Of a stretch of 64,000 bases of DNA, positions 63,020-64,000 are shown in pieces. The stretch comes from Felis catus (lineage: Eukaryota), in the NCBI RefSeq assembly GCF_018350175.1, contig NC_058368.1, forward strand, positions 13,704,001-13,768,000, read 5' to 3'. The position numbers and the translations under genes are program-made. How positions within the stretch are numbered: position 1 is the first letter of the stretch; each line of letters opens with the position of its first letter. The notes under the pieces are model-generated. The model saw only the letters and a program-made list of their open reading frames with translations. It searched no databases and was not told the origin of the DNA.

Positions 63020-63560
63020 ATCTGTCAGAATCCATAGTTTCTGGAAACATAATCTCATTTAGCTAGTCTATGCCAAAAGGAAATTACTACAAGGTATTAG
63101 GCAGCTAATGAAATTTCTAGGAGAGGCAGGTAGTGTAGCATGGATGACTCAACCAACAATACTCAGTTGAACTGAATAGAATCCTCTACCATCCTTTTCT
63201 AGCTGAAACCTCACTGCCCCAGGCCAATGACAGGATCAGTAGTTTCTTTAGCAAAGTTTCCCCAGAAGAACCAAAGATTTCACCACCATACTTGCCAGCA
63301 GATGCTATCTCTTTGAGCATTTACACCAACCACTCATTACTCACTTCTTCCTTCCAAGTCTCACCTACAGAAGAGACCCTGCATAGTCTTAGAAGGTGCC
63401 ATCACATCATGCAAAGTCTGTAAACCATGTGCCGAGGCACAGTTAACATAGGTTATATATGCTGAGGACGCGTAGCTCACTACGTCGAATCTGAACTGCA
63501 AAGGGGTCTGCGAAATGCAGTTTAACCTTCCTGCCTCAATAGTTCAGGAAGCCATGCCAA
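63020..63560. mobile_element. MLT1-like LTR remnant
   Basis: ctgtcagaatccatagtt...; tctgaactgcaaaggggtctgcgaaatg. Confidence 0.45.
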
Positions 63561-64000
63561 AAGGGGCAGGAGTGGGAAAGGGGTGAGCCACTTTGCAGTT
63601 CTTCTCACATATGTGCCTAAGAAATGGTAAGGAGGAAATGGAAGGTTGAAATGTGAAGGTCATCTTATCTTCTCCATATTCTGCTGTTTAAGTAATTCAA
63701 ATTTAGCTTTTAATTAACAAAATACACCATTATTCCTTCAAAAATATTATTTATATTCTAATTTTCAGACAGTTATTTCCTTAGCTCTGTCTTTAGCACA
63801 TCACCTCTCTCTAAATTTTTCTAAGGCTCATACTACTTATACACCTTTTCCAGTGTAGCTTGTGATTTGAAATATATTGCATTCCCATTCCTTTTCATTT
63901 GTATAAGAACATGAACCCTCTGATTTTAACACATAACGACGCTGGCTAACAACAACAACAAAAGATTCTCTCAAATGTGAAATCATAATTTTAAGTTATT

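Overview
Mammalian genomic DNA, almost certainly from a felid (cat family). It carries about 27 carnivore tRNA-derived SINEs of SINEC_Fc type, a young L1_Fc-like 3' fragment with an open ORF2 C-terminus (54523-55683), older L1/L2/MIR remnants, hAT/Tigger DNA-transposon fossils, LTR remnants and microsatellites. I recognise no known host protein-coding gene, RNA gene or CRISPR array; most ORFs in the track are repeat-derived or chance. The most interesting non-repeat signal is a repeat-poor, partly CpG-elevated block (about 10.6-17 kb). In it, five minus-strand segments with canonical AG/GT splice sites join in compatible phases into an open frame of about 196 codons, followed by an AATAAA. This is an unrecognised gene model that could still be chance. 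Other observations are nested retro-insertions, a local duplication, a CTCF motif, transcription-factor motif clusters and a possible decayed integrase fragment. Repeat family names come from recalled consensus sequences, not a database search, and boundaries of old repeats are approximate.
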